From Candidatus Latescibacterota bacterium (GTDB lineage Bacteria; Latescibacterota; UBA2968), in NCBI GenBank assembly GCA_965222605.1, contig OZ244960.1:2848001-2912000 (forward strand): a stretch of DNA of 64,000 bases. The letters run 5' to 3'. Numbering within the stretch: the stretch's first letter is position 1; every line of letters starts with the position of its first letter. A program made the translations under genes and the position numbers. Under the pieces are notes generated by a model. It was not told where the DNA came from and searched no databases. It was given only the letters and a program-made list of their open reading frames with translations. Shown one piece after another: positions 35,335 to 43,256 of this stretch.

Positions 35335-36360
35335 ATGACTGATGTTGCGCTGCGCGTACTCGTGACAGGTGCTGCGGGATTTATTGGATTTCATCTTTCC
35401 AAACTACTGCTCGAAATGGGTTATTCAGTAGTCGGATTGGACAATGTGAACGATTATTACAATACCCAGCTCAAAGAAGATCGCCTATCTATTCTAAAGC
35501 GGGAAGACGGATTCAAATTTGTTCGCATGCATCTCGAGGACGAAAAGGGAATCGCAGACCTTTTTCGCGCAGAGCATTTTTCTCATGTCATCAATCTCGC
35601 AGGTCAGACAGGCGTGCGTTACAGTCTGGAAAACCCTTTGGTTTATGTCAAAAGCAATGTGATGGGTTTTCTCAACATCCTGGAGGGATGTCGCCATTGC
35701 GATATCGAACATCTGGTCTATGCGTCGTCGAGTTCTGTTTATGGCTTGAACGCCACCACGCCTCATGGCGTCCGTCAAAACGTCGATCATCCGATCAGCT
35801 TGTACGCGGCGACAAAAAAATCAGATGAACTAATGGCGCATGTGTATAGCCATTTGCACGGCATTCCGACCACAGGATTGCGCTTTTTCTCTGTGTATGG
35901 ACCCTGGGGACGTCCGGATTTTGTCGCCTACTTGTGGACCAAAGCCATTTTGGAAGATCGACCGGTCAAAGTCTATAATCACGGCAAGATGCGTCGCAGT
36001 TTTACGTATGTCGGCGACATTGTCAAAGGGATAGTTCGCGTACTGTCAAATCCCGCAAAGCCAGATCCCGAGTGGACAGGACAATGTCCCGAACCGGGAT
36101 CGAGTTCCAGCCCCTATCGCATTTACAATATTGGCAATCCCAATGTCATAGAACTGGAGTATTTCCTCTCGCTATTGGAGGATTTATTGGGCAAAAAGGC
36201 TATCCGAAAAGATTTGCCCATGCAGCCCGGAGACGTACAGGATAATGCAGCAGATGTTTCGGAGCTAATGCGAGATGTGGGCTACAATCCCTCAACGCCC
36301 ATAGAAACAGGGCTTGCAAATTTTGTCGCGTGGTACAAGGACTATCACAATGTGAAGTAA
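35335..36360 (+). CDS. NAD-dependent epimerase, UDP-glucuronate 4-epimerase-like
   Basis: TGAAGFIG, DNVNDYY, ASSSSVYG, YAATKK, GLRFFSVYGPWGRPD, MQPGDV. Confidence 0.9.
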   Translation: MTDVALRVLVTGAAGFIGFHLSKLLLEMGYSVVGLDNVNDYYNTQLKEDRLSILKREDGFKFVRMHLEDEKGIADLFRAEHFSHVINLAGQTGVRYSLENPLVYVKSNVMGFLNILEGCRHCDIEHLVYASSSSVYGLNATTPHGVRQNVDHPISLYAATKKSDELMAHVYSHLHGIPTTGLRFFSVYGPWGRPDFVAYLWTKAILEDRPVKVYNHGKMRRSFTYVGDIVKGIVRVLSNPAKPDPEWTGQCPEPGSSSSPYRIYNIGNPNVIELEYFLSLLEDLLGKKAIRKDLPMQPGDVQDNAADVSELMRDVGYNPSTPIETGLANFVAWYKDYHNVK

Positions 36361-36365
36361 ATCGG

Positions 36366-36411
36366 AGAAACAGAAAGGAGAAAGCACGCTCTGTTTAGAG
36401 CGTGCTTTTTT
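36366..36411 (+). terminator. Intrinsic terminator, direct repeat of the atp terminator
   Basis: AGAAACAGAAAGGAGAAAGCACGCTC-TGTTTA-GAGCGTGCTTTTTT. Confidence 0.85.
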
Positions 36412-36643
36412 GTTTTCCTTTCAGGTCAAAACCCCAAGGTGGTATGGTGAAAGCTCAAGACGCATATAAGGAACAAATCTTCAGCCTATAAGTCTATGTT
36501 GTGGAAACAGATTACTTTGGGGAAATGATACATTAAGCAGATGATACAATGTATCCTTTAATGGCATTGTTCCAAACCAGATTGCCCTCTCCGCCTCTGA
36601 TGTACTCCTGTGGAATGCTGGCAGCCTTCCTTGAGGAGAAGAT

Positions 36644-37309
36644 ATGAAATACTTTATGAGTATCCTGGTCTTGTTGATAATGTCTTATTCTGCTCCTATT
36701 TTCGGACAGCACATCGTCGCTGTCCGGTGGGGTGGAAATATGACAAAAATCGGTGGTTTTGATCATCAGGGCACGCCGCGCAGAAGTATGAGGATAGGCG
36801 CCTCTGTAACCATTCCAATACAGAACCGCTTTAGCCTTCAAGCTCATGGCGACTATGTCCCAAAAGGAGCAAGAGAGGACGATTTTTATTATTATACCGG
36901 ATTATACATTGACTACATCGAACTTTCAGGATTGGGAGTTTTTACAGTCTTCGCTCCTTCTCGGGGACCCTCTTTGTCTATACTCGCCGGGCCTACGATA
37001 GCATTCAAGATCAAAAACCGAGGAGAAGAAATACTGGCAAAAAGATACGGGCAGGGCCAAAATCGCTTTGAATTCAAATCTATGGACTTTGGTTTTGCTG
37101 GCGGGATCGGTACACAGATAGCAATTTTCAAACCATGGATAGTCACAACAGAGATTCTATACACCAGGAGCATCCGATCTATCAACAAAACCACTTTCTA
37201 TATCATAGATTTTGATTCTCACACAGCAGAAAAACGTGGCCTGATGAACCACGCCCTTTCCTTCTCTGTTGGGCTCGGTTTTTCTTATGGCAGAAGAACG
37301 GGAGGTTAA
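36644..37309 (+). CDS. Outer-membrane beta-barrel (porin-family) protein
   Basis: Signal peptide, YVPKGA, YIDYIEL, LAGP, FKSMDFG, C-terminal SFSVGLGF. Confidence 0.7.
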   Translation: MKYFMSILVLLIMSYSAPIFGQHIVAVRWGGNMTKIGGFDHQGTPRRSMRIGASVTIPIQNRFSLQAHGDYVPKGAREDDFYYYTGLYIDYIELSGLGVFTVFAPSRGPSLSILAGPTIAFKIKNRGEEILAKRYGQGQNRFEFKSMDFGFAGGIGTQIAIFKPWIVTTEILYTRSIRSINKTTFYIIDFDSHTAEKRGLMNHALSFSVGLGFSYGRRTGG

Positions 37310-37310
37310 A

Positions 37311-38717
37311 ATGAACTCTGTCATGTCAACATATATTCGCAGGATCCTTGTGGTAGCACTGACTACTGGTGTGATGGGGAGCCCTATATGGGGGCAGGAG
37401 ATTGAGACGGCTGTAACCTCATTTGTGATAGGCGGCGTGACACTCCAGGAAGATGTGAAGAATCCACCCGTGCCGAGTGGCATGCAGAGATTTGAAATCA
37501 CAATGAATAAACCAGTCGTAACTTTTTACGAATTGAGGGAACCTGAAACTTTGCCCTATTTCGATGGCGACAGCATCACCCAGGTAACTATCACTAAGTA
37601 CTTTGATATTGACCGAGATGTTATTTCCTATCCTATTGACCTGCTTTTAGATATCACAATCGCGCAGGATCTGGCCATTAGTCCAGATAGCTTGACATTA
37701 ACAGGCACCATCAGCCTGCCAAAAGGTGCCACCTATCAAGTCCTTTTTGGTGAGTCAGACATAGATCCTATTGATGAACAGCAGCAGTATTTTTTTGGGA
37801 CCGCAGAACTGCCGAATGCTGTTGTTTCTGGTGTAGGCATTGTGGACACCTTACCTGATGGTTTTACAGTAAGCGGTGATCGTTCTGCTGGGGCTGCGCT
37901 CATTGACCCTGAGCGATTTAGACATATTTTCCCATTACTCGAAGAATTCGATGATTTTATTCTATGGTCTTTTGTCCGCATTACCGATTCCAATGAACAA
38001 ATGACATTTGATTTGAAACATGTGCCGGATGGATCTTACGCGATATTGATGGCACATCGTGCAGTGAACGAACAAACCGGCCAGGAGATTCAGATATTTG
38101 GGTATAAAGGGGTCAATCTCTTGACGGGCGAGGTCGATCCTACAGAATTGGTTCAGGTCGTCGATGGAAAAAGCGTGACAGATTTACAAATAGTGTTGCA
38201 AATACCACCAGAAGAACCAGATCCAGTAATTTCTGAAATTCTGGAGGTCAAGGTTCAAAGCGTCAATGCTGAAACAAAATCATTTGTCATTCAACCTGGC
38301 AACCAACAGATACAGATAGATGCTTCAGAGGCCCTGACAGTTTCCCCAGGCCAAATAAGTGCTGAAGAGATCCTCAAGATCTTTTTGTTTTATAATCCTG
38401 ATGATTTCGCACGCATCATTTTTCCTATTACCGACCTGATGGTAGGAGATACCGTTTCTCTCCTGGGAACATACACTTCTGAAACGATGTTCCAGGCCTT
38501 TATAGTAATCCGCCATGAATCGCCTCTGGCACGGAATGGTGATATGGATAGGGATGGGGATGTCGATTTCTCTGATTTTCTACTTTTTACTTCTGCCTTT
38601 GGCACGATGGAAGGAGAACTGGAATACAATCCCTCGGCAGATTTGGACGGGGATGGTGCGGTCGTATTCTCAGACTTTCTGATATTTGCCAGTGCCTTTG
38701 GCAAACCCGTGGGTTAG
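37311..38717 (+). CDS. Secreted acidic protein with a C-terminal EF-hand/dockerin-like pair
   Basis: Signal peptide; GDMDRDGDVDFSDFLLFTSAFG and ADLDGDGAVVFSDFLIFASAFG. RBS GGAGG. Confidence 0.75.
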   Translation: MNSVMSTYIRRILVVALTTGVMGSPIWGQEIETAVTSFVIGGVTLQEDVKNPPVPSGMQRFEITMNKPVVTFYELREPETLPYFDGDSITQVTITKYFDIDRDVISYPIDLLLDITIAQDLAISPDSLTLTGTISLPKGATYQVLFGESDIDPIDEQQQYFFGTAELPNAVVSGVGIVDTLPDGFTVSGDRSAGAALIDPERFRHIFPLLEEFDDFILWSFVRITDSNEQMTFDLKHVPDGSYAILMAHRAVNEQTGQEIQIFGYKGVNLLTGEVDPTELVQVVDGKSVTDLQIVLQIPPEEPDPVISEILEVKVQSVNAETKSFVIQPGNQQIQIDASEALTVSPGQISAEEILKIFLFYNPDDFARIIFPITDLMVGDTVSLLGTYTSETMFQAFIVIRHESPLARNGDMDRDGDVDFSDFLLFTSAFGTMEGELEYNPSADLDGDGAVVFSDFLIFASAFGKPVG

Positions 38718-38788
38718 GAGTATGGTATGACACACAATAAACATCCCAGAGGCTGACACCCTGGGCTGTTTTCTATTTCTCTAAAATG

Positions 38789-38822
38789 AAAGAGCGAGTC
38801 CTTTTTGGCTCGCTCTCTTTTT
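38789..38822 (+). terminator. Intrinsic terminator
   Basis: AAAGAGCGAGTC-CTTTTT-GGCTCGCTCTTTTTT. Confidence 0.75.
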
Positions 38823-38902
38823 ATTAAAATACTTCGTTGTACTGCGCGGGGCATAATTTTATACGGCTCGTTGACACCCCTTTGGGTTTGGGCTATATTG
38901 CA
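38821..38902 (+). promoter_or_regulatory. Repeated promoter module P, copy 2 (long form)
   Basis: TTGACA 38871-38876, N17, TATATT 38894-38899. About 76 bp nearly identical to 42566-42641. Confidence 0.8.
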
Positions 38903-38934
38903 AAATAAGAAGTGTGAATTGGAGGATTTAAGTC

Positions 38935-39195
38935 ATGAATACTTATCGCAGGCGTCTTGTAGTCCAAGACCCCAAACAGATTGTGCTTTCTGATGTTCCT
39001 TTTCAAACAGGTCAAGAAGTGGAAATTACCCTGCGTTCAATAGAGCAGCCCACAGTAGAGCGGAAGAATGAGTTACGCGCCCTGTTGAAGAAGACGCAGT
39101 CACTCTCTCAGATTCAAACTCTCACAGAAGAGGATATTCTCGCTGAAATTGAAGCCTATCGGAATTTTTCGTGTCAGCTAACTGCTGCTCGCTGA
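38935..39195 (+). CDS. Small hypothetical protein, putative antitoxin
   Basis: 86 aa with PFQTGQEVEI and a C-terminal LTEEDILAEIEAYR of the kind seen in PIN-associated antitoxins. RBS GGAGG. No toxin follows. Confidence 0.5.
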   Translation: MNTYRRRLVVQDPKQIVLSDVPFQTGQEVEITLRSIEQPTVERKNELRALLKKTQSLSQIQTLTEEDILAEIEAYRNFSCQLTAAR

Positions 39196-39247
39196 CCACT
39201 ATCCTACAGTTACATATGATATGAACTATAAAACAAAAGGCAGTACG

Positions 39248-39562
39248 ATGCTGGACCAATCAACCCTGAACGACATCATCCGGCGCATTGTAGAGGTCGC
39301 TCATCCAGAGAAGATCATTCTCTTTGGGTCCGCCGCGAGGGGCGACTTGAACCGCCATAGCGACGTTGATCTGCTCGTCGTAAAGGACGACAGTGATTCG
39401 TGGACTGTTATGGGAGACATCTACGGAAACCTGCGCGGCATTGGCGTAGCAGTCGATGCAATCGTGGTCACGCCAGCGCAGATGGAACGTTACAAGGATA
39501 GTCACGCACTGGTGATCAAGCCCGCACTGCAAGAGGGAAGGGTCATATATGAAGCAGCCTGA
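39248..39562 (+). CDS. Minimal nucleotidyltransferase (MNT antitoxin)
   Basis: PEKIILFGSAARGD...SDVDLLVV, EGRVIYEAA. Confidence 0.88.
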   Translation: MLDQSTLNDIIRRIVEVAHPEKIILFGSAARGDLNRHSDVDLLVVKDDSDSWTVMGDIYGNLRGIGVAVDAIVVTPAQMERYKDSHALVIKPALQEGRVIYEAA

Positions 39563-39683
39563 ACGCTTCCCGCCCGACGACCCTCGGGAATGGCTGAACC
39601 GCGCCAGAAGCAATCTGGTTCGCGCAAAAAACCGAATTCCCGGTGCCTATCTCGAAGACTTGTGTTTCGATGCCCAACAGGCG
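39549..39683 (+). pseudogene. HEPN-domain toxin, 3'-truncated
   Basis: PREWLNRARSNL...LEDLCFDAQQA. Homology stops where the expected AEK motif is replaced by a partial P module. Confidence 0.8.
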
Positions 39684-39704
39684 TTGGATTTGGGCTATAT
39701 TGCA
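39684..39704 (+). repeat. Partial promoter module P, copy 3 (-10 half only)
   Basis: TTGGATTTGGGCTATATTGCA versus copy 2 TTGGGTTTGGGCTATATTGCA. Confidence 0.75.
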
Positions 39705-39768
39705 CAAAATATCATCCGCAGAAGAAGGATCCTATACATTGACAGAGACACTATACGGAGACGCTGTG

Positions 39769-40140
39769 ATGACACAGGAACAAAATGAGAAAGTCCAAAC
39801 CATTGTCCGTGAGACCACTGCGGAACGTTTCTCGTCGGATGAGTTCGTGTTCGACCCCATTGTGGTGGTACCGACTGTTGACGAATACGGTTCTGACGCC
39901 AGCGGCGAAACGTATCTTCGCATCATTATTGTCTTCGATGGCGATCAGAAGCAACTCGACTCCAGTTGGACATCCAGCTTCATCAGACGCATTCGCCCGA
40001 AGCTGATTAAGGCAGGCATAGAAGAGTTCCCCAGCCCGTCATGGGTTGAGAAATCTGAGTGGTGGAGTCTGTATCCCAAATGGCGACAACAACACCCAGA
40101 GGTAACTATTGAAACCGCCCGTTACGTGGTAGGTCGATAA
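39769..40140 (+). CDS. Hypothetical protein, possibly a degenerate nucleotidyltransferase-like antitoxin
   Basis: 123 aa after a GGAG RBS. DEYG...YLRIIIVFD...FPSPSWVEKSE pattern. Family uncertain. Confidence 0.5.
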   Translation: MTQEQNEKVQTIVRETTAERFSSDEFVFDPIVVVPTVDEYGSDASGETYLRIIIVFDGDQKQLDSSWTSSFIRRIRPKLIKAGIEEFPSPSWVEKSEWWSLYPKWRQQHPEVTIETARYVVGR

Positions 40141-40155
40141 ATCTCGGTACAATAT

Positions 40156-40193
40156 AAAAAGCCCTCACATTTTGGGGGCTTTTGTATATTACT
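40156..40193. terminator. Terminator B, copy 1 (repeated at 42655-42694)
   Basis: AAAAAGCCCTCACATTTTGGGGGCTTTTGTATATTAC. Confidence 0.8.
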
Positions 40194-40219
40194 TCGTAAT
40201 GCGCAGGATGTAATATAAG

Positions 40220-40258
40220 ACGGTTCGTTGACACCTTTTTGGCTTTGGGCTATATTGC
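40220..40258 (+). promoter_or_regulatory. Repeated promoter module P, copy 4
   Basis: TTGACA 40228-40233, N17, TATATT 40251-40256. Confidence 0.8.
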
Positions 40259-40313
40259 TTGAAAGACCGCTCTAATTTTAAGAAATACGACCTTAGATAG
40301 GAATGACCCGAGA

Positions 40314-41273
40314 GTGAATGCAGGTAATTGGACATTTATTGATTTGTTTGCTGGTATTGGCGGGATGCGTATTCCATTTGAAGACTTAGGTGGCACCTGT
40401 GTGTTTAGTTCTGAGTGGGACGAACCGGCTCAACAGACCTATTATCATAACTTTGGTGAAATGCCAGCGGGCGACATTACGCAAATTGAGGAAGCTACGA
40501 TTCCGGAACACGATATTTTATTGGCGGGGTTCCCTTGCCAACCGTTTAGTATTATCGGCAACAAACAGGGGTTTGAAGATACGCGGGGCACGTTATTCTT
40601 TGATATAGAACGGATTTTGAGAGCAAAGCAACCACAGGCATTTCTTCTTGAAAACGTAAGACAGTTGGTGAGCCACGATAGTGGCAGAACTTTTCGGGTA
40701 ATCTGCGAACATCTTCAAGAACTGGGGTACACCATATACCATAAAATTTTGAACGCACTCGATTTCGGGGTGCCTCAAAAGAGAGAACGGATTTTTATTA
40801 TTGGATTTCGAGACCCCATCGCATTCACTTTTCCGACCGGTAACGGGGATTATAAGCCCCTATCAGAGATTATCGAGCCAGATAGCGAAGTAGATCCAAG
40901 TTTGTTTGCATCGGAGAGAATCCGAAAATCGCGTTTTGAAAAATGCAAAATTGAACCGTTTTATCCCTCTATCTGGCATGAAAATAAAGGCGGTAATATA
41001 TCAGTATTGCCGTTTTCATGTGCTTTGCGAGCCGGGGCATCTTATAACTATCTTTTGGTAAATGGCATTCGTCGCCTTTCAGGGCGAGAACTCTTGCGGC
41101 TACAGGGTTTCCCCGAAGATTTTAAGATTGTCGTAAATATCACACAACTTCGTAAGCAGACCGGAAATAGCGTGGCAATTCCCGTAATTCGCGCGATTGC
41201 CGAGAAAATGCAAGAAGCCTTAATACAACGAAAACGCCCAGAACTTCCCGCGAAACAACTCACACTTTTATAG
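40314..41273 (+). CDS. DNA (cytosine-5)-methyltransferase
   Basis: DLFAGIGG, GFPCQPFS, ENV, PQKRERIF, RLQGFP, KQTGNSV. Confidence 0.95.
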   Translation: MNAGNWTFIDLFAGIGGMRIPFEDLGGTCVFSSEWDEPAQQTYYHNFGEMPAGDITQIEEATIPEHDILLAGFPCQPFSIIGNKQGFEDTRGTLFFDIERILRAKQPQAFLLENVRQLVSHDSGRTFRVICEHLQELGYTIYHKILNALDFGVPQKRERIFIIGFRDPIAFTFPTGNGDYKPLSEIIEPDSEVDPSLFASERIRKSRFEKCKIEPFYPSIWHENKGGNISVLPFSCALRAGASYNYLLVNGIRRLSGRELLRLQGFPEDFKIVVNITQLRKQTGNSVAIPVIRAIAEKMQEALIQRKRPELPAKQLTLL

Positions 41274-41294
41274 AAACATCAGGGCTTATACTCA

Positions 41295-42353
41295 ATGGAC
41301 AATCGTGCTGCAAAACGAAGCCTGGATACCGTGATCAAAAAAGCCCGTATCCATCTCTACAAACCGATACAGATTGCAGAGATACTCCACAGGGATAGAG
41401 TGGTCGGCGACATTGAGCTTAAAGATTTGGAAACTTATCGAACGCAGTCAAGAAAATGGCGCGATGAGGTTTGTATGAGAATTTTGGGAAGATCTTCGAC
41501 CTCAAGCGCGCGATTCCAGGACAATCTTTTTGATTTAAATGCGACACCTCCACCCGTTCTGATGACATTGGGAGAGATAAATCGCAGATATAACGGCGCA
41601 GTAGAAGCCTACATTTACGAGGCTTTTAGACAGAAACACGCCCAAATGTCGAAATGGTTAGATTATGTGAGATATTCAGACCGAACGAGTTTCAAATTGC
41701 AGAACTTTATTGCGGGTTTCCGACGTGACCCCGGTTTGGCGAGAAGCGTCGATAAAATTTTTGAAATTGTGGTCTATGCCTTGTTCTCAACGCTTTTAGA
41801 AGCTCTTGAAGTAAAAGTCGGTGTGAAGATTGAGAATATTGAAAACGCGATTCTCCGGGAGTTTTCCGACTTCACGGAAAAAGTACTCGGATTGTCTCAA
41901 GCAATGCCCGAGACGTATCAAGATGCTAAGGTCTATAGAGTTGGCGTGACGAACGCCGCTGATAGAGGGCTTGATATGTGGGCGAATTTTGGCGTCGCTA
42001 TTCAAATAAAGCATTTATCCCTGACACCCGAAATGGCAGACGATATTTCTAATAACATTTCAGCCGATAGAATCATCATTGTTTGTAAAGCGTGCGAGAA
42101 AGACGTTCTAATTTCGGTATTGCGACAATTTGGTGGTGCAAACAGAATTCAAAGCGTAATAACAGAAGACGAGCTTGATGTATGGTACGAAAAAGCCTTA
42201 CAGGGAAGATCGGCAACACTAATAGGCGACAAAGTCCTGGAAAGATTGGAGAACGAAATCACAGTTGAATTTCCTTCCACGGTCGAGTTTGATAGGTTTT
42301 TTAAGTCGCGGAGCTACCATCAGTTGCCAATTCTCGATATTTGGCGCGATTGA
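41295..42353 (+). CDS. Type II restriction endonuclease, HaeII-like
   Basis: KARIHLYKPIQIAEIL, SSARFQDNLF, RVGVTNAADRGLDMWANFG..IQIKH recalled as HaeII-family motifs. Directly follows the m5C methyltransferase. Confidence 0.75.
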   Translation: MDNRAAKRSLDTVIKKARIHLYKPIQIAEILHRDRVVGDIELKDLETYRTQSRKWRDEVCMRILGRSSTSSARFQDNLFDLNATPPPVLMTLGEINRRYNGAVEAYIYEAFRQKHAQMSKWLDYVRYSDRTSFKLQNFIAGFRRDPGLARSVDKIFEIVVYALFSTLLEALEVKVGVKIENIENAILREFSDFTEKVLGLSQAMPETYQDAKVYRVGVTNAADRGLDMWANFGVAIQIKHLSLTPEMADDISNNISADRIIIVCKACEKDVLISVLRQFGGANRIQSVITEDELDVWYEKALQGRSATLIGDKVLERLENEITVEFPSTVEFDRFFKSRSYHQLPILDIWRD

Positions 42354-42407
42354 ACCTTTGTTGCCAGACCAACTCGGGATCATCCTATGTGGCCTGCCCA
42401 AGAATCA

Positions 42408-42560
42408 GTTACGCATGTCTCGCGTTTCTGTCATGCTGAGGAAGCCGTCAGGCTGACGAAGCATCTTTTACTTCTGAAGGTAATAGGTGATAGTAGATTC
42501 TTCGACTCCGCTGCGCTCCGCTCAGAATGACAGGCGCAGGATATTGTGCCTCTGCGTAAC
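42408..42560. repeat. Palindromic MITE/REP-like element
   Basis: GTTACGCA...TGCGTAAC ends enclosing TGTCATGCTGAG...CTCAGAATGACA. Confidence 0.65.
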
Positions 42561-42565
42561 GTCAG

Positions 42566-42694
42566 TTATTAAAATGCTTCGTTGTGCTGCGCGGGGCATA
42601 AGCTAATACGGCTCGTTGACACCCTTTTGGGTTTGGGCTATTCGGAATAAAATCAAAAAGCCCCCACATTATGCGGGGGCTTTTGTAGATTACT
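42566..42694 (+). repeat. Empty P module (copy 5) directly followed by terminator B
   Basis: TTGACA 42616-42621, N17, broken -10 (TATTCG), then AAAAAGCCCCCACATTATGCGGGGGCTTTTG with no gene between. Confidence 0.8.
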
Positions 42695-42724
42695 GCATCA
42701 TTCACGATGGATATCTTTTTCCAA

Positions 42725-43243
42725 CTACTGAGTCTTTACTGGCAACGTAAGTCGCATCCTGAATGTGGTGCTTTTGTCCTCGACGCTAAGATCAGTGCGG
42801 ATTTTTGGATTGTCTTTATTTTTGATTGATATATTGCAAGGGGCTGTAAATACCACCTGTCGGTGGGCTTGTTGGTTGATCTCAACGAGACCGGGAAAAA
42901 TATTAATCACTGCGCGTTGATTAATCTCGCGAACACTGTCAAAGGAACCGTACTCGCTTATGACGCTCTCAGCCAGGCCGCCCACTCGTTTACAGGTCTC
43001 GACAGCGGCTTTCACAGAGGAATATTGCTGCTTAACAGTAAATTTGACAAACTTTTGATCATTTTCAAACCTTGCAAAAGCATCCAAACCCCACAACTTC
43101 CCCTTATAGCTCCCCTTATCTGGTCCCACTTCTACTTTTTTCCATGTTTCCTCTGTTTCTTCTGTTTCCTCTGCTCGGATGGATGACGTATGCGACATCA
43201 CCCAAAAGAAACATATTGTTGCTAAAATCACACAAGCCCTCAT
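42725..43243 (-). CDS. Hypothetical secreted protein
   Basis: 172 aa, signal-like N-terminus, EET x3 microrepeat, RBS GAGGA. Confidence 0.55.
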   Translation of the reverse strand: MRACVILATICFFWVMSHTSSIRAEETEETEETWKKVEVGPDKGSYKGKLWGLDAFARFENDQKFVKFTVKQQYSSVKAAVETCKRVGGLAESVISEYGSFDSVREINQRAVINIFPGLVEINQQAHRQVVFTAPCNISIKNKDNPKIRTDLSVEDKSTTFRMRLTLPVKTQ

Positions 43244-43256
43244 AGCTTCCTCGCAC

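Noticed and set aside
35237-42641. Module P as integron attC sites or CRISPR repeats
   Set aside because: No RYYYAAC...GTTRRRY paired ends or attC-like hairpin were evident, no intI or cas gene is present, and spacing is gene-sized and irregular.
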